The notes under the pieces: model-generated
The model's database searches: none
What the model was told of the DNA's origin: nothing
Seen by the model: only the letters and a program-made list of their open reading frames with translations
Part shown: piece after piece, positions 1 through 7,777 of the stretch
Position numbering within the stretch: the stretch's first letter is position 1
Layout of the letters: each line of letters opens with the position of its first letter
DNA from: Bacteroidia bacterium
GTDB lineage: Bacteria; Bacteroidota; Bacteroidia; NS11-12g; UBA955
DNA: 45,227 nucleotides
Assembly: GCA_036405075.1 (NCBI GenBank)
Contig: DASWYG010000316.1
Span: forward strand, 1-45,227
Reading direction: 5' to 3'
Made by a program: the position numbers and the translations under genes

Positions 1-267
1 AGAACCTTCTTTCAATATTTTAATCTCTTCTTCACTGGGCGCATTTACTTTTACAAGTACATCGCAGGTGTTACAAACTTCAGTGGCACTGCCAAGAATT
101 GTGGCACCGGCTGTTTTCAGGGCTTCATCAGAAAAGTTTGAATTGACCCCGGCACCACTTTCAACGAAACATTCAAACCCTTGTTTTACGAGGTTTTTAA
201 CGACATCCGGACTCAAGGCCACTCTGTTTTCTCCGGCCTTGGTTTCCCTTATGGTTCCTATTTTCAT
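1..267 (-). CDS. pntA: NAD(P) transhydrogenase subunit alpha, N-terminal part (gene start inside window, rest runs off left edge)
   Basis: Not in the ORF track because it is open to the edge. My reverse-strand translation from ATG 267..265 gives MKIGTIRETKAGENRVALSPDVVKNLVKQGFECFVESGAGVNSNFSDEALKTAGATILGSATEVCNTCDVLVKVNAPSEEEIKILKEGS without stops. This follows the PntA / AlaDH-PNT N-terminal pattern (E. coli PntA MRIGIPRE..ETRVAATP..VESGAG..ILKVNAP). Confidence 0.7.
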   Translation of the reverse strand, partial: MKIGTIRETKAGENRVALSPDVVKNLVKQGFECFVESGAGVNSNFSDEALKTAGATILGSATEVCNTCDVLVKVNAPSEEEIKILKEGS

Positions 268-482
268 TACGGGCAAATGTAATGATTTTTTGATACCAAT
301 TTTAGCAAAAGGGAGGAAATTCAAAAATCCTTAACACCAAATTTGCCTAAAATTCTTATTTCAAATCAGCAAAATCACTGTTACCATTATGTGTTTACAT
401 TGTAAGGATTTGGTCAAAACCGAATCATAAAGTCAGCTTTTGAATTAAATCAATTATATTGCAGTTCTTCAAAAGCATGTCT

Positions 483-490
483 TATTTTTG
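483..490 (+). promoter_or_regulatory. Candidate Bacteroidota -7 promoter box (TATTTTTG = TAnnTTTG)
   Basis: Matches TAnnTTTG 16 nt upstream of ATG 507. It lies inside the longer TTG-started ORF 459.., which supports the 507 start. Confidence 0.35.
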
Positions 491-506
491 CAGCCGTATA
501 AACACC

Positions 507-1217
507 ATGTATTCAAGAAGATCTATCTTTGTATTGACCATTTCCATTTTTGCATTTTTTGCTTGTAAAAGTGATTGTACCGAATCAGGCACTTGCGATC
601 CGCAACAAGTGGATTACAAATTGGGCATTTATGCCGATTATTTTAGCTTCAAAACCGGAAGTTATTGGATTTACAAACACTCAGTCACCGGGCAATATGA
701 CACTGTCACCTGCCTCAGTTCACAAATCAGTCAGCAATCTGTAAAAGGAAATACCAACACCAACAGCCACATCACCATCAATTTTGAAAAACTGAAGGCA
801 ACATATTTCAGTTCATTCTCAAAATGGACGTTTACAGAAGAAACTGTGAGTCCAACCGTTACCAGTAATACACTCGAAAGTTCATACAAGATCATGCTCA
901 GCCGTTCGGTGAAATATGAGGGTGACAACATTTCGTTCATTGCACCATTTGCAATAAACTCATGTGCAGGCAAAGGCGGATCTGTAACTTGTTGCGCTAA
1001 TATAGACACAGTCTTAAAGGTGAATTCAACTGATTACACTCAAGTGGTAAAATACACCAATACCAGTGATGAAGTGTGGAACCCTAATTCATATCCAATT
1101 GCCAAGAGAGACCCCAAAGCCATTTATTGGTGGGCAAAAGGAGTGGGCATCATCAGAAGAACAAACTCGACTGAAAACTACAATTGGGATTTAGTTGAGT
1201 ACCATTTGGTGCCTTAG
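507..1217 (+). CDS. Cys-rich lipoprotein of unknown family (paralog A)
   Basis: ORF 459..1217, with start moved to internal ATG 507 (MYSRRSIFVLTISIFAFFAC, lipoprotein-type signal). It shares CKxDCxE[ST]GTCDP, GSYWIYK and YWWAKGVG[IL]IRR..W[DE]L[VI]EY blocks with ORF 2156..2854. Confidence 0.7.
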   Translation: MYSRRSIFVLTISIFAFFACKSDCTESGTCDPQQVDYKLGIYADYFSFKTGSYWIYKHSVTGQYDTVTCLSSQISQQSVKGNTNTNSHITINFEKLKATYFSSFSKWTFTEETVSPTVTSNTLESSYKIMLSRSVKYEGDNISFIAPFAINSCAGKGGSVTCCANIDTVLKVNSTDYTQVVKYTNTSDEVWNPNSYPIAKRDPKAIYWWAKGVGIIRRTNSTENYNWDLVEYHLVP

Positions 1218-1272
1218 TTGTATTTGTTGCGAAATTTTATAAATTCGCATAAATCCAAATCTACTAAAACCT

Positions 1273-1986
1273 ATGAAAAAGCATTTTAAATCGCTCATTT
1301 TCCTTGCTTTAATTACATTTTTACTCAGTTCCTGTTCAGTAAGCAGAATGCGTTATTCTAGAGGACTGAACATTGAATTGTCGATATTTTCAAAAGACAA
1401 GGGCAAAACAGAAAAGATTAAAACGAATTCATCAAAAAAGGAGCCTGAGACCCTTCAAGCCAGTGGTGAGGAAATTCCTGCAAAAATTGAAGAACATAAA
1501 ATTGTAGATAAAGCCATTTTAGGAAAAATCGAAACTGAAGGAAATGCTGGCGTACAAGCAGAGACCTTTAAGGACAATAAGCAAATTTTAGTGGTCAAGA
1601 CTGAAATGATTGGCGTTGGTCCTGTCATACATCAAGATATAAAAGACCAGGTAAAGGGCAATGGCACTTCGCTGGATTCAAAAGAAAAGAGGACGAATTC
1701 AAGCAAAGCAGGAATAAAGAAAAGCAAAACCGATGAACCTGCATTGACAGGAGCTTTTGGAATAATTGGTTTTGTGCTGAGTCTATTGGGATTGATTTGT
1801 ATATTGGTGTCATTTCTTTTGGCTATTCTTTTATTGATATTGGGCATAGTTTTTAGTGCCATAGGTATGGGAAAAGGCCGACCAAACAGAGAACTTGGCA
1901 TAGCAGGATTGGTCATAGGAATTGTAGGTATTTTGCTGATGGTATTAATTGTTATGTACCTCTTTTGGGTATTGCTTTACATTTAA
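1273..1986 (+). CDS. Membrane lipoprotein with K/E/S-rich low-complexity region and C-terminal multi-TM block (DUF4190-like)
   Basis: Lipobox LLSSC near the N-terminus, then about 150 aa of low complexity. The C-terminus GAFGIIGFVLSLLGLICILVSFLLAILLLILGIVFSAIGMGKG...GIAGLVIGIVGILLMVLIV is strongly hydrophobic. Confidence 0.65.
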   Translation: MKKHFKSLIFLALITFLLSSCSVSRMRYSRGLNIELSIFSKDKGKTEKIKTNSSKKEPETLQASGEEIPAKIEEHKIVDKAILGKIETEGNAGVQAETFKDNKQILVVKTEMIGVGPVIHQDIKDQVKGNGTSLDSKEKRTNSSKAGIKKSKTDEPALTGAFGIIGFVLSLLGLICILVSFLLAILLLILGIVFSAIGMGKGRPNRELGIAGLVIGIVGILLMVLIVMYLFWVLLYI

Positions 1987-2155
1987 TACAACATACTTAT
2001 AGATTCAATTTCGTTTTTTGATCGATGGAAATAGAATTAACTTGCATTAACCGAAGATTAAATTTTTAGGAAAAGGCGGGAATTTTTTTCATCTTTTTAT
2101 TAGCTTCGTATAAAACTATATTCCATTAATTAAGGAATTTATTTAATAAATTTTT

Positions 2156-2854
2156 GTGAAAAACTTCACTTTTAGTGGCTTATGCAGCGCCACTGTCATT
2201 TTGTTTTCAATAATTTCATGTAAACGCGATTGTCATGAGACCGGCACTTGTGATCCGGAGTATTATCGATTTGAATTGGGTGAGGCCAAGGATTATTTAT
2301 GGGCAGGTAAAGGCAGTTATTGGATCTATAAAAACTCAAAAACCGGAGATCTGGATACTCAGATTTGCACATCCGCTAAGACTTATTGGATCAAAAAACA
2401 GGGATCAACTAATTATTCAAAAAACATAACTGTCGAATATGAAGTTTTGTCAAGAAATATAAGCAGCAGTTTCAATGATTGGGCATACATAGATGAAACG
2501 TCTTTTTACAATCCGGATGCCTTAAGATCTAAAAAAACAGAATTGGAACGAACTGCAATAGGCGAGGGAATAAACCGGCCATTTCTTCATCCATTTGTTT
2601 TAAAAGATAAAAGTGGCACAAGTAGTTCTGTTACAACCTGCATTCATACTGATACCAGCATCACCATTCAAGGCAAAACATACGACCATGTGGCAGTTTT
2701 TGAAATTGATATGGATGAAATTTGGGAAGAAAAGTTGAATTGCATACGCCCCAATTCAGTGTATTGGTGGGCAAAAGGAGTGGGCCTAATAAGACGGGAC
2801 ATGAAGAGATGTGACTATTCATGGGAATTGATCGAATACAACATAATCCTATAA
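2156..2854 (+). CDS. Cys-rich lipoprotein of unknown family (paralog B)
   Basis: GTG start, signal ...VILFSIISC, then CKRDCHETGTCDP, GSYWIYKNS, YWWAKGVGLIRR, WELIEY. Paralog of 507..1217. Confidence 0.7.
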   Translation: MKNFTFSGLCSATVILFSIISCKRDCHETGTCDPEYYRFELGEAKDYLWAGKGSYWIYKNSKTGDLDTQICTSAKTYWIKKQGSTNYSKNITVEYEVLSRNISSSFNDWAYIDETSFYNPDALRSKKTELERTAIGEGINRPFLHPFVLKDKSGTSSSVTTCIHTDTSITIQGKTYDHVAVFEIDMDEIWEEKLNCIRPNSVYWWAKGVGLIRRDMKRCDYSWELIEYNIIL

Positions 2855-2878
2855 TTGATAGAACAATAGGGTTTTATT
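2845..2878 (+). terminator. Possible intrinsic terminator overlapping the stop codon of 2156..2854
   Basis: aatcctat (2845-2852) pairs with atagggtt (2866-2873), with one G-U pair and a 13-nt loop. It is followed by ttttatt. AT-rich and weak. Confidence 0.3.
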
Positions 2879-2926
2879 AAAGTATTTCTTCCAATAGGAT
2901 TATTTTTTACTCTAAATAGAATTAAT

Positions 2927-2934
2927 TACTTTTG
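2927..2934 (+). promoter_or_regulatory. Candidate -7 promoter box (TACTTTTG) for ald
   Basis: TAnnTTTG match 23 nt upstream of ATG 2958. Confidence 0.4.
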
Positions 2935-2957
2935 CACCGCTTTTAAAAGATAAAGAT

Positions 2958-4088
2958 ATGATCATAGGAGTTCCAAAAGAAATTAAAAACAACGAAAACC
3001 GTGTAGCCGTTACGCCTGCCGGTGTTTCCGAATTTGTTAGACACGGACATACCGTATACGTTCAACAAACCGCAGGTACCGGAAGCGGATTTTCCGATGA
3101 AGAATACACCGAAGCTGGTGCCACCATGTTGGCTACTATTGAAGAAGTGTATGCCATCGCTGAAATGATCATCAAGGTAAAAGAACCTATAGAAAGCGAA
3201 TACAAATTGATTAAGAAAGATCAATTGTTGTTCACCTACTTCCACTTTGCCAGCTATGAACCACTTACAAACGCCATGATCGCCAGTGGAGCTGTTTGCT
3301 TAGCATACGAAACTGTTGAGAAAGCCGATCGTTCTTTGCCTTTGCTCGTTCCAATGAGTGAAGTAGCAGGTAGAATGAGTATTCAAGAAGGTGCTAAATA
3401 CCTAGAGAAACCACTTGGTGGTCGCGGTATCCTTTTGGGTGGCGTACCGGGTGTTAAACCTGCAGAAGTAGTTGTTTTAGGTGGTGGTATCGTTGGTACT
3501 CAAGCCGCTAAAATGGCTGCAGGTCTTGGTGCTCATGTAACCATCATGGACATCTCTATTCCTCGCTTGCGTCAATTGGATGACATCATGCCAGCTAACG
3601 TACAAACATTGTACAGCAACGGATACAACATCAAAAATGCAATTAAAACTGCTGACTTGGTTATCGGTGGTGTATTGATACCGGGTGCTAAAGCTCCACA
3701 CCTGATCACCAAAGAAATGTTGAAATTGATGAAGAAAGGTGCTGTATTGGTTGACGTAGCAGTTGACCAAGGCGGTTGCTTCGAAACCACTAAAGCCACT
3801 ACCCACGCTGATCCTACTTATGTAGTTGAAGACGTGATTCACTACTGTGTAGCCAATATGCCGGGCGCAGTGCCATATACTTCAACTTTGGCCCTTACCA
3901 ATGCAACCCTACCTTATGCCATTCAATTGGCCAACAAAGGATGGAAAGAAGCTTGCAAAGGCAACGCTGAACTCCTTTTGGGTCTCAACGTGGTAAACGG
4001 TAAAGTGGTCTACAAAGGTGTATCAGAAGCATTCAACTTGCCATACACACCGGTAGAAGAAGTGCTTTTATCAGCATCTTGCAATTAA
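2958..4088 (+). CDS. ald: Alanine dehydrogenase
   Basis: 376 aa. N-terminus MIIGVPKEIKNNENRVAVTPAGV, Rossmann motif VVVLGGGIVGTQAA, length and overall pattern typical of AlaDH. Confidence 0.9.
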   Translation: MIIGVPKEIKNNENRVAVTPAGVSEFVRHGHTVYVQQTAGTGSGFSDEEYTEAGATMLATIEEVYAIAEMIIKVKEPIESEYKLIKKDQLLFTYFHFASYEPLTNAMIASGAVCLAYETVEKADRSLPLLVPMSEVAGRMSIQEGAKYLEKPLGGRGILLGGVPGVKPAEVVVLGGGIVGTQAAKMAAGLGAHVTIMDISIPRLRQLDDIMPANVQTLYSNGYNIKNAIKTADLVIGGVLIPGAKAPHLITKEMLKLMKKGAVLVDVAVDQGGCFETTKATTHADPTYVVEDVIHYCVANMPGAVPYTSTLALTNATLPYAIQLANKGWKEACKGNAELLLGLNVVNGKVVYKGVSEAFNLPYTPVEEVLLSASCN

Positions 4089-4110
4089 TAACTTAATTAA
4101 GCAATTCCAT

Positions 4111-4140
4111 AAAATCCCTCTCAACAGAGGGATTTTTTTT
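4111..4140. terminator. Bidirectional rho-independent terminator between ald (+) and the b5-like gene (-)
   Basis: aaaatccctc (4111-4120) / loop tcaaca / gagggatttt (4127-4136). T8 run on the + strand and an A-run upstream that gives a U-run on the - strand. Confidence 0.75.
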
Positions 4141-4202
4141 GTTATAATGAATTTGAGAATCCTGGGTAGATTCGATCTAAAAATGTAAAAAGATTGTCAT
4201 AA

Positions 4203-4433
4203 TTAACCCAATTCGCCAACCAGTGGAAATCTGGAAAATACCGATTCGGTATGAGGAGCATCTTTCAATTCGTGACTGAGGTCTTGACCCGCCCAGTGTT
4301 CATAATGCTTACCATTTCGCCATAACCTGCTTTCAGAAACATCGTAAATCATACCTTTATATGCCACCCAAATTTCGGGTCTGTCTTGCCCATTTCTCAA
4401 TGCGAGTTGTTGTCTCGTGTATTTCGGCACCAT
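4203..4433 (-). CDS. Small cytochrome b5-like heme/steroid-binding domain protein (COG4892-type)
   Basis: 76 aa. Pattern ...VAYKGMIYDVSESRLWRNGKHYEHWAGQDLSHELKDAPHTESVFSRFPLVGELG matches the short b5-like family as I remember it (KGkVYDVt.s..W..G.H...H.AG.DLt..l.dAPHg..vf...p.vG.L). Confidence 0.65.
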   Translation of the reverse strand: MVPKYTRQQLALRNGQDRPEIWVAYKGMIYDVSESRLWRNGKHYEHWAGQDLSHELKDAPHTESVFSRFPLVGELG

Positions 4434-4453
4434 CTTGTTCTTTTTAATAGCAG

Positions 4454-4461
4454 TATCTTTG
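4454..4461 (+). promoter_or_regulatory. Candidate -7 promoter box (TATCTTTG) for the two-component operon
   Basis: TAnnTTTG match 22 nt upstream of the TTG start at 4484. Confidence 0.35.
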
Positions 4462-4483
4462 AAACCACAAATATAATTAAGTT

Positions 4484-5635
4484 TTGAAGTTAAGGTTGTT
4501 TCTTGTTTTGGTCATTGTTTACATCATTGCCGTGTTTGGTTGGTGGTTGTATTCATTTGTTACTTACACTGAAAAAGAATTTCAATTGGAATACAACAAC
4601 CTCGGGTTAAATGCAAAAGTGATACAATTTGAATTGGTTGAGTTCCTCGAAAAAAGAATTCATTCAAAACAAATGAACCCTTATCACACTTTTCACGTAT
4701 ATGAACCCGAAATGAGGGAACTTCACACACAATTGAACAAACAGTATCGCATAAAAACCGAAATGGTTTTGCGAGATTCGAGTTCATTGTTGCACGAACT
4801 CATCATCATCAATGTAGCCAAGGAAGAGTTCAAATCGATCCGCAAAAATTTTGTAACCCGCCAAAGAGCCTTTTATTCAGAAGTTATTTTTTTCACCATC
4901 CTTGTCATTTCAGGTGTGGTATGGGTATTTGGTAAACTCGAGTCATTGCTGAACCTCAATAAGATGCAAAACAATTTCCTTTTGTCGGTTACCCACGAAT
5001 TCAAAACACCTCTCACAGCTATAAAACTCAGTGCTCAAACGCTTGAGCAAAGAAAAATGGACGAAGCCACAAAGTCAACCTTGGTGCATCAAATGGTGAA
5101 CAATTCAGACCGTTTGGATGAGTTGCTCGACAATGTATTGTTGGCCACACGAATTGATGGAAAGAGCTATCGTTTCGATATGAAGGAATTGGACATCACG
5201 GCTTTGATCAGAAAATCGGCAGAACTACAATTGTGCAGTCCACAATATACCGGAAAGTTCACTTTCAACGAAGAATCGCAGTCAATTTTAGGAGATGAGA
5301 TTTCTTTGAAATTGGTGTTCAGCAATTTGTTTCAAAATGCCATTAAATATGCTGGACAGGATTGCGATATCACAGTAAGCTATACAGTTTTAGACAGTGA
5401 ATTGACCATCACTGTTGCTGATAATGGAAAGGGATTGAATCCTAAGGAATACAAAGCCATATTCAAAAAATTCTACAGAGTAGGCGACGAGAACACCAGA
5501 GAAACCAAAGGCACTGGCCTTGGACTGTTTTTGGTGAAGCAAATATTAAAACCTCACAGAGCCAGTATAGTGGCAGAGAGCAATAAACCGCGGGGAACCG
5601 CATTCATCATCAAATTTAAACAAACAAAGTTATGA
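4484..5635 (+). CDS. Sensor histidine kinase (HisKA + HATPase_c, two TM segments)
   Basis: H-box SVTHEFKTPLTAI, N-box NLFQNAIKYAG, G1 DNGKGL, G2 GTGLGL. TM segments at about aa 5-25 and 130-150. TTG start, with no nearby in-frame ATG. Confidence 0.85.
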   Translation: MKLRLFLVLVIVYIIAVFGWWLYSFVTYTEKEFQLEYNNLGLNAKVIQFELVEFLEKRIHSKQMNPYHTFHVYEPEMRELHTQLNKQYRIKTEMVLRDSSSLLHELIIINVAKEEFKSIRKNFVTRQRAFYSEVIFFTILVISGVVWVFGKLESLLNLNKMQNNFLLSVTHEFKTPLTAIKLSAQTLEQRKMDEATKSTLVHQMVNNSDRLDELLDNVLLATRIDGKSYRFDMKELDITALIRKSAELQLCSPQYTGKFTFNEESQSILGDEISLKLVFSNLFQNAIKYAGQDCDITVSYTVLDSELTITVADNGKGLNPKEYKAIFKKFYRVGDENTRETKGTGLGLFLVKQILKPHRASIVAESNKPRGTAFIIKFKQTKL

Positions 5636-6333
5636 GCAAGAGAATCCTTTTAGTAGAAGACGAAAGCAGTCTTCACGATCTATTGAAACTGAACCTTGAA
5701 ATGGATGGAAACAAGGTGGTTGGGGTGAAAGACGGCACCTCAGCGATACAAAAATTCAAAGATGAGCAATTCGATCTGGTTATTCTCGACATCATGATAC
5801 CCGGTATCGATGGACTAAATGTTTGTGAAAATATCAGATTGAAAAATCAAGAAGTGCCGATTTTATTTCTCTCTGCAAAAAACAGAGTTGAAGATCGCAT
5901 TGCCGGGCTTAAAAAAGGCGCAGATGATTATCTGACAAAACCATTTAATTTGGAAGAATTACAATTGAGAATCAATAACTTAATGAATCGAAAGGGCAGT
6001 GTGGCAGCCAATTCGGGTTTTGGTCTAAAAGAATTTACATTTGGGGGAAATACCATCAATTTTGATAAACATTTAGCTGTAGGAATTAATGGAGAATTCA
6101 GTTTGACTAAAAAAGAAGTACTTCTGTTGAAATTGTTGATAGAACATAAGAACGAAGTGGTGAGCAGAGAAAAGATCCTTCAAACTGTTTGGGGATACTC
6201 AGTTTATCCTTCAACCAGAACGATAGACAATTTCATTTTATCTTTTAGAAAATACTTTGAAATGGACCCTAAAAACCCAAAGTTTTTCAATGCGATAAGA
6301 GGCGTTGGTTACATCTTTGAATTTAAAGAGTAA
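5632..6333 (+). CDS. OmpR-family response regulator (receiver + winged-helix)
   Basis: ILLVEDE, LVILDIMIPGIDG, and KPF in the receiver domain. C-terminal LTKKEVLLLKLL...RTIDNFILSFRKY...IRGVGYIF. ATGA overlap with the kinase stop. Confidence 0.9.
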   Translation: MSKRILLVEDESSLHDLLKLNLEMDGNKVVGVKDGTSAIQKFKDEQFDLVILDIMIPGIDGLNVCENIRLKNQEVPILFLSAKNRVEDRIAGLKKGADDYLTKPFNLEELQLRINNLMNRKGSVAANSGFGLKEFTFGGNTINFDKHLAVGINGEFSLTKKEVLLLKLLIEHKNEVVSREKILQTVWGYSVYPSTRTIDNFILSFRKYFEMDPKNPKFFNAIRGVGYIFEFKE

Positions 6334-6384
6334 TTAACCCATTGATTTACTGTCATTTTTATGTCATAAACTAAAGCCGGAACC

Positions 6385-6414
6385 TTTGAAAAACTTTAAT
6401 TAATTGTAAATTTG
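6385..6414 (+). promoter_or_regulatory. Candidate Bacteroidota promoter (-33 TTTG at 6385-6388, -7 TAAATTTG at 6407-6414)
   Basis: Both elements are present with an 18-nt spacer, 41 nt upstream of ATG 6456. Confidence 0.5.
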
Positions 6415-6455
6415 CAAACTCAAAATTCAAATAAAAACAAACCAAATAATCAGAA

Positions 6456-7757
6456 ATGAAAAAATCAGTATTAGCAGTATGTATGATGGTGTTCGGCGCC
6501 ACAGCATTTTCTCAAACCTGCGATGTGAAAGACAGTACCCTTATGGGTTCTGGAAATAACACCGACGTCTTTTACAGTTTGAAAAAAGGTGTAACAACAG
6601 GTAATGGTACCGTGAGCACAGCATCTTCAACCAATTGGCATTTGGCGTTTTCTGTTCAAGCAAGCAGATTCCCTACTAACCCTGCAAATGGTGTTGCGAT
6701 CAGAATCAATGCTCCAAACGGCGAAAATGCACAAGCAAGTCTAACCGGTTTGAGATTGGCAAGATTAGCAGGTAAAAATTGGTCTAACTGGTACAACTTG
6801 GATACCACCGGTTTATACAACTTACCTGAATTGCTCGATTCAGACAGTACTTGGGATTTAAGTGCTTTCACTTCAGGTTACTCAGTTGCCAGCCCTTTCG
6901 ATTTTAAATGGGGAGCGTACAATTCAACTTCGCACAAAGTAGAAGGTACCACAGTTTATGTACTTTACAACAAATCTGCAGGATGGTATAAAAAAGTATT
7001 CATCAATGACGTTGTTGGCGATACCATGTGGAATTTTACAATCGCAAACATCGACAATACAGATTCTAATTTTGTGCAAATTCGCAAGAATGCATTTAAA
7101 AATAGAAATTTTGCATACTACAATGTATTGAACAACACTGTTATCGACAGAGAGCCGGATAACAGAACCTGGGATCTGTTGTGGACCAAATACAGAACAT
7201 TCGTTACTCAAGGACCTGTAACCATCCCTTATTCAGTAATGGGTGTATTGCACAACAACGGAGTGAAAGTGGGTCAAAACAATGGTAAAACCTGCAGTCA
7301 GGTTTGGTTGGCCAACAAAACCGCTAAATCTTCTCCTACCATTTCAACCATGGGTTGGGATTGGAAAACATTCAACGGAACCGGCTATACCATCACAGAT
7401 ACTTTTGTTTATTTCATTGAAGCAAAAGATACACATACTTACAAACTCACTTTTGTTTCTTTCAACGGAGGTTCTTTGGGTAAAACCAGATTCAGCTTCT
7501 ACGAATCAACTGTTGGTATCAACGATTTGAAAGTGAATGGCAATGTGTCTGTATACCCAAATCCTGCCAGTGGCAGCATCAAAGTTGATGTTAAAGAAAC
7601 TGTAATGAGCATGAACATATACAACATGAAAGGTCAATTGGTGCACAGCAGCAACGGTTCTTCTGAAGCCAATGTCAGTGACTTAACTTCAGGTATGTAC
7701 TACATTTTGGTTCAAACAGAAAAAGGATTGTTCAGTCAATCATTTATAAAGGAATAA
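6456..7757 (+). CDS. HmuY-like domain protein with T9SS C-terminal sorting domain
   Basis: Signal peptide MKKSVLAVCMMVFGATAFSQ. Blocks NWHLAFSVQ, RTWDLLWTKY, MGWDWKTFNG and YKLTFVSFNG parallel those of ORF 9796..10842 and the HmuY family pattern. The C-terminus is a typical T9SS CTD. Confidence 0.65.
   Translation: MKKSVLAVCMMVFGATAFSQTCDVKDSTLMGSGNNTDVFYSLKKGVTTGNGTVSTASSTNWHLAFSVQASRFPTNPANGVAIRINAPNGENAQASLTGLRLARLAGKNWSNWYNLDTTGLYNLPELLDSDSTWDLSAFTSGYSVASPFDFKWGAYNSTSHKVEGTTVYVLYNKSAGWYKKVFINDVVGDTMWNFTIANIDNTDSNFVQIRKNAFKNRNFAYYNVLNNTVIDREPDNRTWDLLWTKYRTFVTQGPVTIPYSVMGVLHNNGVKVGQNNGKTCSQVWLANKTAKSSPTISTMGWDWKTFNGTGYTITDTFVYFIEAKDTHTYKLTFVSFNGGSLGKTRFSFYESTVGINDLKVNGNVSVYPNPASGSIKVDVKETVMSMNIYNMKGQLVHSSNGSSEANVSDLTSGMYYILVQTEKGLFSQSFIKE
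7524..7754 (+). other. T9SS (Por) C-terminal sorting domain of ORF 6456..7757
   Basis: LKVNGNVSVYPNPASGSIKVDVKE..MNIYNMKGQLVHS...LTSGMYYILVQTEKGLFSQSFIKE is the classical type-A CTD motif order (YPNPa.., l.i.d..Gr.v, l..G.Y...v.t..g....k.ik). Confidence 0.8.
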
Positions 7758-7777
7758 TAAAAGACAGGCATCAATAG

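Noticed and set aside
1-4088. pntA and ald (both AlaDH/PNT family) within 3 kb as a recent duplication
   Set aside because: The N-termini share only the family-level pattern (..ENRVA..P..V......G), the genes are on opposite strands, and they encode distinct well-known enzymes.
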